From: Eledone cirrhosa
Taxonomy: Eukaryota
Assembly (NCBI GenBank): GCA_964016885.1
Contig: OZ024743.1
Location: forward strand, 308,264,001-308,328,000
Direction of reading: 5' to 3'
DNA: 64,000 bases
Of the stretch, positions 51,248 to 63,922 are shown piece after piece; position 1 is the stretch's first letter, and each line of letters starts with the position of its first letter. Both the position numbers and the translations under genes were made by a program. The notes beneath the pieces are model-generated. The model had not been told where the DNA came from, did no database searches, and saw nothing but the letters and a program-made list of their open reading frames with translations.

Positions 51248-51939
51248 AAATAAAGGGACCCTTATACGAGGTATAAGTGCGTATAAGGGTCCCTTTATTT
51301 CCGTCCCACCTAGTTTATTTTTATTATTATTTATTTTTTTATTCTTCATTATATATATATTTTTTTTAAAATTTATTTATCTATTCTTTTATTCACTTAT
51401 TTGTTTATTTATTTATTTAAGTATTTCTTTAGTCTAGCAATAGCGAGAGACTTAAGTCTTAGTAACCAGACTTTGCTTATTTTTTTTCTCTCTCAGTACT
51501 TTTTATAGTTTTACCCTTCATCGTTCTACTTACCGTTTCGACTTCCTCCCCCTCCCCAGTATCCTCTTTGACCTCACGCCCAGCTGTAGCCGGCACTACC
51601 AACGCATGAATGGGTCTACTCCACCCCCTCTCCCTTTTTCTCCTACCGGCAGGTTTAGCTACGCCTTCCCCCACCAATTTGCCATCACAGATTTACTACT
51701 AACATGTGATGTGACCAATCCTGGTGATTATCTCTTTGACCATATATGGAATTACCCCTTGATCAGCTCGGCTATTTAAATACCAGAATAAATGTTTATT
51801 CAGTACAGAATTAGCTGTCGAAACGGCCTGAGCTCAGCCGTTGGGGTCTTACTTGTTCCTATTACCTACTCTACTACACTAAGTATTGAGTACTTTGGTG
51901 CGTTATGGTCCACCTGGTTCCTTACCACATTTCCTTCGT
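51248..51939 (+). mobile_element. PLE family A pseudo-LTR with hammerhead (51754-51847) and a 33-bp inverted 5' piece
   Basis: Close match to 59035-59697. The hammerhead is slightly decayed (TTGATCA core, GTT site). Confidence 0.88.
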
Positions 51940-51940
51940 T

Positions 51941-53700
51941 CATCATCATCATCATCATCATCAACGTTTAACGTCCGTGTTCCACGCTTGCATGGGTTTG
52001 GATGGGGGTTTTCCCACTTGAGGCAAGAGTGATTATCTTGCTCGCATAGGACTATCTGGCGGGTTTTCTACAGCTGGATGCCCTTCCTAACACCAACCAC
52101 ATTTACAGTGTGGGGCTGGGAGGTTTTTACCGTGTTGCCTACACGGCCACATTTCAGCGTGGACTGTCTGGCGGGTTTTCCACAGCTGGATGCCCTTCCT
52201 AACACCAACCACATTTACAGTGTGGGGCTGGGAGGTTTTTACTGTGTTGCCTACACGGCCACATTACAGCGTGAACTATGTATTTTTTTGTCGTGACACC
52301 TACACGATCTCATTTGTTTTGGCCTGGATGTTGTGGCACCAACATAACTTTACATTGAAAGGGGCGGTGTGGATGGGGTGGGGGGTGGGACGGGGGTGTA
52401 TTTTGTTAGAGATGCCTACTGACTGTAGTAGGTTTTACTTTGTATTTAGGTAAGGCGGGTCTTCTCTATTACTGAGTACCGCCAAAGGTCTCGGTCCAGT
52501 GACATTGTCTTGGTGAGGTGTAAGTGTGTGAGGTCGGAATTTATCAGCTCGTCCCAGGTCTTTCTGGGTCTGCCTATTCCGTGGCTACCATCTATCTTTA
52601 TTGCCCTGCACTTTGTTATACAGCTATCGTCTTTCATGCGCATCACGTGACCATACTAACGTAGCCTTCTCTCGAGTAAACAACATCTGATCCCTCTTAT
52701 TTCTAATTTTTCCTGAGTTTGTTTATGCTTTGCCGTTCACGTATATTACTATTACACATCCAGCGGAGCATGCAAGCTTCGTTTCTCTCTAGTCTGCGTA
52801 TATCCTCTGCACACAATGCCCAGGTCTCACTGCCATGCAACATTGCTGTTCGTATGCAGGCATCATACAACCTGCCTTTCATTTTTAGGGAGAACCCTTT
52901 AGCGGCTAATAGTGGTATAAGCTCTCTGAACTTTTTCCATCCAGTTCTGACTCTAGCTACTGTACTTTCAGAGCACCCTCCCCCACTGCTGATTTTGTCA
53001 CCCAGGTAACGGAAGCTGTCCACTATTTCTATAGAACCCTCTGCGCAGTTGAAAGAGCTAGTATTTTGTGGGCACTTGCTGCTACTTATTGCACCAGAGC
53101 ACCGGCCACATGTAAAATCTATGTTCTTAGTTAGCTTACCTGTGATCCCACTACATCTTTTATGCACCCATACTTTGCATTTGGGACACAAAATGGAGTT
53201 TCTACCTACGCCTTTCCTACACACTGAGCATGGCCACTTCCCGGAAGGGACCGCCGCCTTATTTTCTTTCTTACAAACTAGAACTTTAGTCTTAGCCAGG
53301 TTAATTTTAAGGCCTTTTGATTCTAGGCCGTGCTTCCATGTTTGGAATTTCTTCTCTAGCTCGGCCATTGATTCAGCTATGAGTGTTAGGTCATCTGCGT
53401 ATAGGAGTTCCCATGGGCAACCGGTCTTGAACTCCTCTGTTATAGCCTGAAGGGCAATAATAAATAGTAGGGAGCTGAGAACAGAGCCCTGATGGACGCC
53501 AACTTTTACGCTAAACTCTTCACTATATTCGTTGTTAATTCTAACCTTGCTGACTGTTTCTTTATACATGGCTTGTATAGCTCTCACAAGCCATTCGTCA
53601 GCACCTAGTTTTCTAAGAGCCCACCAGATAATGGAACGGGGGACTCTGTCGAAGGCTTTCTCCAAGTCGACAAAAGCTAAGTATAGGGGTTTACTTTTAG
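51941..53700 (-). mobile_element. 5'-truncated RTE copy 3, inserted at the PLE/(TA)n boundary
   Basis: Same family as copies 1 and 2, with a 1-bp frameshift near 52710 and W>stop near 52657. Same 112-bp 3'UTR duplication as copy 2. Confidence 0.95.
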
Positions 53701-53732
<32 letters not shown>

Positions 53733-54757
53733 TGCCATGATAAAATGCACTCTGTCCACTCTGTAAAGTGGTTCGCCATGGGAAGGGTATCCATAGAAAC
53801 CAAACCAGAATGGAATATATGAATAAGTTATGGTCATCTGAACTGTCAAATCTCAGAATGTGACAACCTGTCTAACACATACCAACATGGAAAATAGATG
53901 TAAAACAGTGGTTTTCTTCATAAATATATAATATTCCATTACTCTGACAATTAGCTATAAATAGGACACTGTTTGTATTTAGAGGTTTAACTCTAAAATA
54001 AAACCTGGAAAAAGGAATATATAAAAAAAAAGTATTTGTTACCAAAAAACTTTGCAATTAGCGAATTTCCTTCGTAATCATCCCACTCCCTCAATCATAT
54101 CACAATAGAACTCATAATTTTATGGGTTTTTTCTTTTCTTTTCTTTTTAATAAATTGTAGTAATTTACCTATAGTTAGAAATGATATAATGTTTATCTTT
54201 TAACATCCTGTACCATATGAAACCATATTAGCAAGCGATTCTTGGATACTCTAATATTGCAAACTTTCACAATGATCTGTCCACTGATAAAGACGCTATA
54301 AACATTTGAATCAACGAACCCATTTCTATATATCTTTTGCTAAACCATCACAGTATGTGATAATACTGCAGAACTTCATAATAATCTAGTAAAAATGATA
54401 TGAACTAACAAATTAACAAACCTGTTTTTAGACATCTATTGTATCATTACAGGATGTTATGAATTAAAATGTCTTTTAGTCAAATACTGTAAATGTTCAC
54501 AATGATCTGTCCACTAGTAAAGATATTATAAACATTTGAATTAACAAACTTGTTTTTCGACATGTTCTGCTAAATTATTACAGAATGACTTATAATCTTA
54601 TCAAAAGAAACTAGTTTTAGACTGTATATTGAGGCAGTGACTCAGTAGTCAATTGTTGCTAAATGAAACTCTTAGCTCAGTTTTGATCTTCAGAAAGAAA
54701 CCACTTACTGCACTAAACTATACCATCACATTTTCTGTTCTTCCTCCCTCGATTGTA

Positions 54758-55045
54758 GAGGCATGTGGCCCAGTGGTTGAAGAATTAGGCTCACAAATGT
54801 AAGGCCATGGGTTCAATGTTCAGTTGGGGTGGCACATTGTGTTTTTGAGCAAAACACTTCATTTCACATTGCTTTAGTCAATTCAACTGAAAAATGAGTA
54901 CCAGCAGCATCTGAGGATTCACCTTGCGATGGACTGGCATCCTATCCAGAGGGATGTTTCATACTTCCAGTTGCTTAACACCACGTAAAACCAAGATCAG
55001 CGCTGGCATGGTAAACCTCTCGGCTTGAGGAAGACTAACTTTTTT
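54758..55045 (+). mobile_element. tRNA-derived CORE-like SINE
   Basis: A box TGGCCCAGTGGT, B box GGGTTCAATG, then TTGAGCAAAACACTTCATTTCACATTGCT. Relatives at ~33860-34050 (-), 40050-40240 (-) and 49510-49740 (+). Confidence 0.72.
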
Positions 55046-57563
55046 TTAACCTCCCTCAATTATTCTATATGGCTTTAGGCCAGGTTAAAGAACAAAAAAA
55101 AACCAAACAAATGTTATTTCCAAAATTCTTTTTTTTTAAAGATAAATATATTTATGTTAATATTTTTTTGATTTAACATCATTTATGAAATTTTTATATA
55201 TTTTTTTCATCCTAAATTGAAAAAGAAAAAACACACACTCTGTTGTTAATATTTTTGTTGTTAAAATATCTCTTTTTTGTATCAAGCTTTGTATCTGTGA
55301 TAAGTTAAACATGTAGATTTCATGTCCACTAAAATAGAAATAATATGAAAGCTTCAAATTGTTATTTTGTGTGTTTGTTGTTGTTGTTGTTTTTTTAACT
55401 TTTTGTTAGTATTATTATTTTTTTCCTAACACTGACTGGGATGGTAAAATTTACAAACATCATGTATATCTTCTGAGGGTTCCTAATCACAGAAAATATA
55501 TGGATTTCTACAATTTCTATGGAAATAGAAAAAAAAAAAAAGAATCAAATATAATTTAAAAAATAATTTCCATATAGTTGGTCAACAAATTGATTACCCA
55601 CATTTACTAGCACTGGTTGGCTACATTTGAAACCTTGTTACTAGAATAAGCATTGTGATTTTGGTGTCAAACTGTAAACCATGTCCTCAATTTAGTTGCT
55701 AATTCCATCCTGTTTGGATTTTTATTTCATCTCTCCAGATACAATGATCTGTAGTTTAATATATTGATGTTTGATCTCACTAGATACAATGATTGATTTG
55801 CAGATACATTAATTGATCTATAGACACATTAACTTGTAGATACATTGATTGATCTACAGATACATGGATTAATCTGTTAATGCTACTGTATTATGTTTGA
55901 TCTCTCCAGATACATTGATTGATTGATCTGCAATTATTACTGTATTATGTTTGATCTCTTCAGATACAATGATTGATCTGCAGATGGTTCTGTATGTATT
56001 TTGCTTGTACACCATGATTTTTGCACCATAATTTGTAATGTCATTAATAAACTGGTTATGTATTCACATTTAAATGTTTGTCCGGTCCTTATTTTTCAAT
56101 CAAACTTCTAATAAATTTTATCGGAGAAGTAGCAGCTCTACCAGGAGCACCTCTCTGATTTCTGAGCAATGCACTATATCAAGTAACGTTACTCCAAAGA
56201 CCCCTCGGAGGAACCTCATTTCGGCCGCTTGTATTCGTGATTGTATTCTTTCGGTCATTACCCAAGATTCACAAATTGAGGATAGCGAGTTTGGCTTTTA
56301 CACCTAATTCTTCTGATTACATCAGTTTATAATAATAATTCCTTTGAAGATGGCTGAAAGGTACAACAAATGAAGCACTGTGGCTGTAACAACCATCATG
56401 AGGACACTAGTCTGAATATATTACACATTGGTTTGTTTAATATATGGCTATACTACTAAAACATCACTGCATCTCTCCACCGTTAAACATTAACAATATG
56501 AAAGTAGAATCCCTTGGAGTTCCCTCCAAATACTAGGTCTCACTTTCACTAAGGATCTCTTGTGTCGAACGTACATTGCTAAACATGACTGTCTTTTCTC
56601 TTCAACATAATAATTTAATGGAGTGGGAAGAATGGTGAACAGACATACTCTCAATCACAGGCAAAAAGGGACTTGCATCTAATAATTTCTGAGGCAAGCT
56701 GACGCACACACAAACATATATATTCGTACTTACATATATATAGATATTACATACATATATATATTCTGGTGTGCACATGTCAACAAATTGAACATGCTCC
56801 GCTGGATGTGCAACACAATTACAAATGAATGACGAAGCTCGGATGACCTGAGAGAAAAAAACTGGCCATTAGAATAGAATTGTATGTGTGCAGACACTTT
56901 CATGAAAACTAGTCATGGGGAGGTCACCAGTGTCTGTATATTGTATGTAGAGTGTATAACAGTTTAATAATAATAATGAAATTATTGTGTACAGTACTCA
57001 GGTGCACTACAACTCGTCAAAGGTGCATGTATAGTACATAGAATAATATACAAATGTCAGGGAAGGAATAGTGTATGTTTCATGATATACATGTGTGCGT
57101 GTGTATGGAGGGGAGATATTAGGTGTAGTATCAGCGAATCTCAAGAAGCATAGAGGTTTTTGAACCAGTGTAAAACTCCTTAAAACTAATGATAACATAC
57201 ATTAGAAGTAATTGTATGAATCGAAAAAGCTGGACTGTTAGAAGTCGATTGTTAGATCCTCAATGATTTTCCAATTTACCCTTGGGTTAGAGGTAGAATC
57301 CCCATATAACACACCACTATCAGTGACTCTTTTGTCTTTTCCTCACAACCGAGATTGACAAAATTAAGTACAGAAATAAAATGTTTCATAAAACTACCAG
57401 AGAATTATAATTATTTTTACCTATATAAAATTACTTGATGTTACCCACAGTGACAAATGTATACACTCACCAAATTTACCCGTTTTATGACGAGTCAAAT
57501 ACGATTGTGTAGTAAGAGCACTTTATCATGGCACCATACACATGAGAGCGCACGCACACACAC

Positions 57564-57594
<31 letters not shown>

Positions 57595-57606
57595 GGAACA
57601 AGTAAG

Positions 57607-57700
57607 ACCCCGACGGCTGAGCTCAAGCCGTTTCGACGGCTAATTCTGTACTGAATAAAAATTTATTCTGGTATTTAAATAGCCGAGCTTATCAAGAGGT
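57607..57700 (-). ncRNA. Type I hammerhead ribozyme, U3-A8 core variant
   Basis: ACCTC TTGATAA G...C GAAA CGGCTTGAGCTCAGCCG TC GGGGT. Confidence 0.82.
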
Positions 57701-58886
57701 AATTCCATATATGGTCGAAGAGATAATGACCAGGATTGGTCACATCACAAGTTAGTAGTAAACCTGTGATGGCAAATTGGTGGGGGAAGGGGTAGCTAAA
57801 CCTGCCGGTAGGAGAAAAAGGGAGAGGGGTGGAGTAGACCCATTCATGCGTTGGTAGTGCCAGCTACAGCTGGGCGTGAGGTCAAAGAAGATACTGGGGA
57901 GGGGGAGGAAGTCGAAACGGTAAGTAGAACAATGAAAGGTAAAACTATAAAAGGTACTGGGAGAGAAAAAAAAAAATAAGCAAAGTCTGGTTACTAAAAC
58001 TTAAGTCTCTCGCTATTGCTAGGCAAAAGAAATACATAAATAAATAAATAAATAAACAAATAAGTGAAAAGAATAGATAAATAAATTTAAAAAAAAAATA
58101 TATATATATAATGAAGAATAAAAAAAATAAACAATAATAATAATAAAAATAAACTAGGTGGGACGGAAATAAAGGGACCCTTATACGAGGTATAAGTGCG
58201 TGTATCGTACGGTGACGTGTCAACGGGGGGGGGGGGGCAACATACTAAAGAGACCACCACGAAATAATAAAGGTTTCTACCCCAATCACAGGGCCAGCAA
58301 CCACTCAGTGCAAGAAAGTAAACTAGTACGAGAATATAATTCAGGGTCCCGCAAAAAAATACTAGTGCTAACTCTAAGGTTACCGCCACGGAACAAAAAG
58401 TCTTATACAAGCTATATGAAAGATCGTAAGAAATAAAAGTAAAGAACGGAAAATTAATACAGAAACACACCCCCCACCCCACAAAAAAAAGAAAAAGAAG
58501 AAAGAAATACTGGATAAACGAGAAATTAAAGCAAGGATGCCACTAAGAAATATAGAAGGCACGGAAAAAAGGGACGGCGGTCGGAGAAGGGGGCGAGTAT
58601 CCAAAGTCTAACACCTCTGCTATAAAAAGCGGAGTCAGCCAAATCTATCATAGAATAGGGGAGGGGGTGGGGGTGCTGAAGCTACAAGGGACCGAGGGGC
58701 TACCTCGGGTGGGCGAGAAAAAGACGACGACAAGGAAAAGGAACTGGGGTAGAAGGACTAGGGAGGGATGGGGGGAAGGAGGAAATATAGAGGAAGCGAT
58801 AAAAGAATGTAAAATATCTTACGTCTCCATTGGCAAGCAGGGGTTACTCATTACAAAATAGGCAAGTGGGGTGTTATAGCCCTAGT

Positions 58887-59021
58887 CTAACCCCCCGGGT
58901 CATTATGGGGTTTGAGGGCGAGGTAGGTCCTACGTAATCGGTGTTTACATGCAGTAACCAGTTCATCTTTCTTGTTTAGGAGTTGGTCCGTCGAAAACAA
59001 CATTTGTAAAGTTTCCTCCGA
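58887..59021 (-). pseudogene. Last 44 codons of a PLE GIY-YIG endonuclease (not in the ORF track)
   Basis: SEETLQMLFSTDQLLNKKDELVTACKHRLRRTYLALKPHNDPGG* aligns with SEVHEI...LLNHRNELIITCPH of the 32.3-kb PLE remnant. Confidence 0.85.
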
Positions 59022-59511
59022 GCACTTATACCTCGTATAAGGGTCCCTTTATTTCCGTCCCACCTAGTTTATTTTTATTATTATTATTGTTTATTTTTTT
59101 ATTCTTCATTATATATATATATATTTTTTTTTTTTTTTAAATTTATTTATCTATTCTTTTCACTTATTTGTTTATTTATTTATTTATGTATTTCTTTTGC
59201 CTAGCAATAGCGAGAGACTTAAGTCTTAGTAACCAGACTTTGCTTATTTTTTTTTTTTTTTCTCTCCCAGTACCTTTCATTGTTCTACTTACCGTTTCGA
59301 CTTCCTCCCCCTCCCCAGTATCTTCTTTGACCTCACGCCCAGCTGTAGCTGGCACTACCAACGCATGAATGGGTCTACTCCATCCCTCTCCCTTTTTCTC
59401 CTACCGGCAGGTTTAGCTACCCCTTCCCCCACCAATTTGCCATCACAGATTTACTACTAACTTGTGATGTGACCAATCCTGGTCATTATCTCTTCGACCA
59501 TATATGGAATT

Positions 59512-59605
59512 ACCCCTTGATAAGCTCGGCTATTTAAATACCAGAATAAATTTTTATTCAGTACAGAATTAGCCGTCGAAACGGTTTGAGCTCAGCCGTC
59601 GGGGT
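59512..59605 (+). ncRNA. Type I hammerhead ribozyme, U3-A8 core variant
   Basis: Stem I ACCCC/GGGGT, core TTGATAA (59517-59523), long stem II (CGGCTA/TAGCCG, GAATAAA/TTTATTC), GAAA at 59578-59581, stem III ACGGTT.../...AGCCGT. Predicted cleavage after GTC at 59600. Confidence 0.85.
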
Positions 59606-60639
59606 CTTACTTGTTCCTATTACCCACTCTACTACCCTAAGTATTGAGTACTTTGGTGCGTTATGGTCCACCTGGTTCCTTACCACATTTCCTTCGTTAT
59701 ATATATATATATATATATATATATTGGGGAAATTGTTTGACCAGGGAAGAACTCTGCAGGAGTAGACTTCGAACGAAAGACAGCCCACCCTCGATCAACC
59801 CATCTAGCTCTGTGCCCTTCAGTTTTTAAAGACAGTAGGGTATAGATTTGGGGGGCTTTGGTTGCTATTTCTAGCACAAGTCAACATGGAAAGTCCTTAT
59901 ATGATTACTCAACAGGCTAGAAATAGCAGCCAAATATTTCTAAAACAATAAACTAACTCTCTTTAAATGCATATTAATGATCTGTGATACAGGGTATTTT
60001 CCAATCTTTCAGATCTTACCTCCTGGACCTTACCTTGAACTTATTTGATCTGTCTGATTTAAAATCATAATAGCACATTGAGTTTCTCGGTATATTGTTT
60101 AGTTAAGACAATGTAGATATCTCCATTTCAAAATGTTTCAAACAGATATCGATGAGAAATAATATGTTCTATCATTAATATGGTAGCTGAAACATTTTAA
60201 CAAGCTGTCCTCTGTATAAATCCAGACCAGTCAAATAACTGAAACCAAATCAGTGAAAGACCTTATTTATTTTTAATGTCATTGTTTATTTGCTTTGTTT
60301 AATATATCTATGCTACTAAAACATCACTGCATCTCTCCACCTTTAAACATTAACAATATGAAATTAGAAGAACCTTGCAGTTCCTTTCAAATACTAGGCC
60401 TCGTTTTCGCTAAGGATCTCTCGTGTCGAACATACAATACTAAACAGGGCTGTAACTACTTTTAACAGGCTGGCTCTTCTCTTCAACATAGTTGGATAAG
60501 GATAAAATTTAGTTGAAAGGAAATGGAAGAAAATGATTTATATTTAACAATTGAACCAAAATAATAATTTAATGGAGTGGGAATAACAGTAAACAGACAT
60601 TCTCTCAATCACAGACAAGAAGGGACTTTGGGACTATCC

Positions 60640-62205
60640 ATTAATGAACAGATTCAGTAGTTATGGCTCAAGAAATGAAAAGGGATTCAGGCTCCTGGAA
60701 TTCTGTGATGCAAATGAACTAACCATTTGCAACACAAATTTCAGGAAACCAACTAGCCATCTGACCTCATATCAATCAGGTGAACACACTAGCCAAATTG
60801 ATTACTTACTTGTAAGAAAACAAGATAAATGGACTGTAATAAATACTAAGGCCTTGCCTGGGGAACAATGCACCACCCAACACAAGTTAGTTATTAGCGA
60901 CATCAGACTAAATACACAAGATAGAATAAGATATGTAGGAAAATATGGAGACAGAGGGTTTGGAAGCTAAAGGACCCTTCATTTAGAAAGGCCCTACAGG
61001 ATACAATTTGCGAGAGGGATGACAAGTTAAATACATATAACATAGAGGACAACTGGAAATTCTTGGTTGGCATGAGGAAGGGCATCCAGCTGTAGAAACC
61101 AAGCCAAAATCAGTTCTGTGTGAGTAAATTCATGGTCCACCGACCTGATCCCTCACTAAGTGACAACCTGTCCTAACCATGCTAGCATGGAAGATAGAAA
61201 TTAAACGATGATGATGATAAACTTTTGCAAACAACTAATGAGACATGTGTCTGGAGTAAAGAGCCAACCAGATAGAGGGTGACTTGGTGGTGGAAAAGCA
61301 CACTGGATAGGGCTGTTAAAACCATGAAAGAAGCATGGAGACTGGGAAACTGGAGGTAGCAGAGATTGGTACCTGGTAGCTAAGAGAGAAGCTAATCACA
61401 GCTCAGAGAGAGGCTGAAGAAAGAAAGTTTGCCAATATCTTGAGACGTGAGGTTCCAGAACGTGAAGTGTTCTGCATTACAGTGTAAATCAGGATGTTGT
61501 TGAGGAAAAGTATGTTAGAAATGACACTGGTGTATTTAGCACCACTGATGCTTAAAAGAAAGAGGCCTGGAAATGTTACTATGAGAGACTGATAAATGTA
61601 GAGAAAAAATGGGAGGAAGAGAAACTACTCCCAACTTACCCAACAAGGGTACCGGCTATTGAAGTTGACAGTTATAAGCTGCGGGAACATCCACTGATAA
61701 ACATATCAGAAGTAGGAGTCAAACTATTAACTCGCATAGTCAACCAGGTATTGCAGGACAGAGTTATACCCAATGACAGTCATAAATTGCTACAAGGACA
61801 AAGGTAATGCTCTAGAAAGTAGCAACTATGAAGGAATAAAACTAATGGACCAAGTTATGAAAGTGACGAAAGAGTTACAGCGCAGCTAATTAGGAAAGTA
61901 GACAAAGTTTGGTTTCATGTTTGGGAAAAGTATTACAGGTGCCCTCTTTCTAGAAAGGCAACGTCAAGAGAAGTTCTAGCCAATCATAAGCTATATTTAG
62001 CTTTTGTTAATCTAGAAAAGGCCTTAGACAGAATACCTTGACCTAATATCTGGTGATCCTTAAGAAACTGAGATGTAGAAGAATGTCTTGTGAGAGCAGT
62101 GCAAGCCATGTACAGAGGAGCTGTAAGTAAAGTAAGAGTAGGAAGTGAGTTTAGGGAGAAATTCGAGGTATAAGTAGGAATCTATCAGGGTTGCTATTCA
62201 TCATA
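60640..62205 (+). pseudogene. Old decayed RTE copy (APE end to RT), interrupted by a 3'UTR stub at ~61065-61220
   Basis: RNEKGFRLLEFCDANELTICNTNFRK...QIDYLL...QHKLVISD and YLAFVNLEKA, with many stops. Confidence 0.88.
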
Positions 62206-62209
62206 GTAT

Positions 62210-63580
62210 TATTTTTACCTGGCAGAGCGCCCAAGTTTGGACATGGTGTCGTTTTGTATGTTTACAGTTTTACTTCCAATTGACTGTAAAACTGATGTGA
62301 TTTTGCACACCCACGATGCAGGAGAGAGAACGGAGAATAGAAGAGGAGAGGTGAGAGCGTCTATGTTCGGTTAGTGAGAGAGACAGAAAGAAGATAGTTC
62401 TGTGGTAGAAGGGGGTGTTTTCTGTATGCATCCAGATTTACTTCCCCCTTGACTGTAAAACTGATCTGATTTTGCACACTCGCAATTTTATTCCCGGAGA
62501 GAGAACGAAAAGGTGAAATGAGGTGATAGTGTTTATGGTTGGTTGGTGAGAGAGACAGAAAGAAGGTAGTGTGGTGGTAGCAGGAGTGAGATATGACGAC
62601 ACAGAGAGAGGCTGGTTAGAGGGAGAGAAATAGAGAGGAGCTGGAGAGAGAGAGAGAGAGAGAGACATTAGAAAAGGTTGTGTGAGAGAAGGGGCTGGCA
62701 AAAAGAGAGAGAAAGCAGAGGATGCGTGAGAGGGGAAAGAAAGAGAGAGAGAGTGAGACAGTAAGTAAATGAAGGGGAGTGTGTTGAGAGTTACGTCGTG
62801 ATTAAATGGAAGAAAACCAGACGACATATGAATTATCAAACACTATATTAAATAATACAATAATTTATATATACATACATGCATAAATATACATATGTTT
62901 ACAGCTATATTTATATATACACACACACACACACACACATGAAACAATCGTCTTCCATGTAAACACGAAACCTTTTAACGGAATTTCACGAAGTTTAGGT
63001 TTTCATTTTATCTTTACTTCGTTATTTTTTTTATGAATGATTTATTATAAAGTTGTGATGTGATTATGGCGAATACAATGATGTTTTATTGTCATGTTTT
63101 ATTAATTTATTGATTTTTTTTCCAGATATTTTTACCTGGTAGAGCGCCCAAGTTTGGATTTGGTGTCGTTCAGCATGTTTACAGTTTTACTTCCAATGGA
63201 CTGTAAAACTGATCTGATTTTGCAGTGAAATGAGGTGATAGTGTTTATGGTTGGTTGGTGAGAGAGACAAAGGAGGTAGTGTGGTGGTAGCAGGAGTGAG
63301 ATATGACGACACAGAGAGAGAGGCTGGTGAGAGGGACACGAAGGGAGAGAAGTACAGAGGAGCTAGAGAGAGAGAGAGAGAGTTGCAATGAGAGGGATGT
63401 TGAGTGAATAAGAGGTAAGGCAGAGAGAGGGAAAGAAGAATAGATAAAGAGAGAGAGATGAGAAAAGGCTGTGTGAGAGAAGGGGCTGGCAAAAAGAGAG
63501 AGAAAGCAGAGGCTGTGTGAGAGGGGAAAGAAAGAGAGAGAGAGTGAGACAGTAAGTAAATGAAGGGGAGTATCTTTTGC
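62210..63580. repeat. Local duplication of a GA-rich unclassified repeat
   Basis: TTTTTACCTGG(C/T)AGAGCGCCCAAGTTTGG at ~62212 and ~63129, followed by homologous GA-rich bodies. Confidence 0.7.
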
Positions 63581-63784
63581 CATAAAAATGATAATCAATT
63601 CAATTAAGAAATATATATATATATATATTATTAGTAGTATTATTATTATTAAAATTAAATACCATTTATTCTGCGGCAGAGAGCTTCATCTTCCCAGAAT
63701 CGTAGTACTGGTCGTTATTATATGTGTGTGTTTCTGCGTATATATAGATATGTGGTGTATATACGCATTCACATATTTAGAGGT

Positions 63785-63922
63785 AATATCACGTGAACAC
63801 AATCACGTGACAAATCACATTATTCTTTCAAAAGGAAAAGTTTGGCGCCATTTTTCTCCAGGGAATAGCACGTCAACAAACGCAAGAGAAAAGAAGAAGC
63901 AAAAGATGAGAAAATGGTAAAT
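63785..63922 (+). promoter_or_regulatory. Candidate housekeeping-type promoter and first exon
   Basis: Two TCACGTGA E-boxes (63789, 63803), overlapping E2F/YY1-like TTTGGCGCCATTTT (63841) and a possible donor ATG|GTAAAT at 63916/63917. Confidence 0.35.

Larger units (their letters stand above)
57592..59697 (-). mobile_element. Young 5'-truncated Penelope-like element (family A) with inverted pseudo-LTR
   Basis: Near-perfect inverted arms of ~600 bp at 57592-58199/59022-59620 plus a 77-nt tail. The spacer holds the ORF end and 3'UTR. Both ends lie in (TA)n. Confidence 0.92.

Noticed and set aside
58598-58652. SECIS-like ATGAT...GGAT stem on the minus strand in the PLE 3'UTR
   Set aside because: It has AC instead of the AA motif, no helix I, and no Sec codon in the retained ORF piece. 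It would need SECISearch and a full-length consensus.
56450-60630. Direct repeats of ~200 bp (56450-56690 and 60310-60630) as possible LTRs around the PLE
   Set aside because: They are diverged, lack TG...CA ends, PBS and PPT, and are much older than the enclosed PLE.
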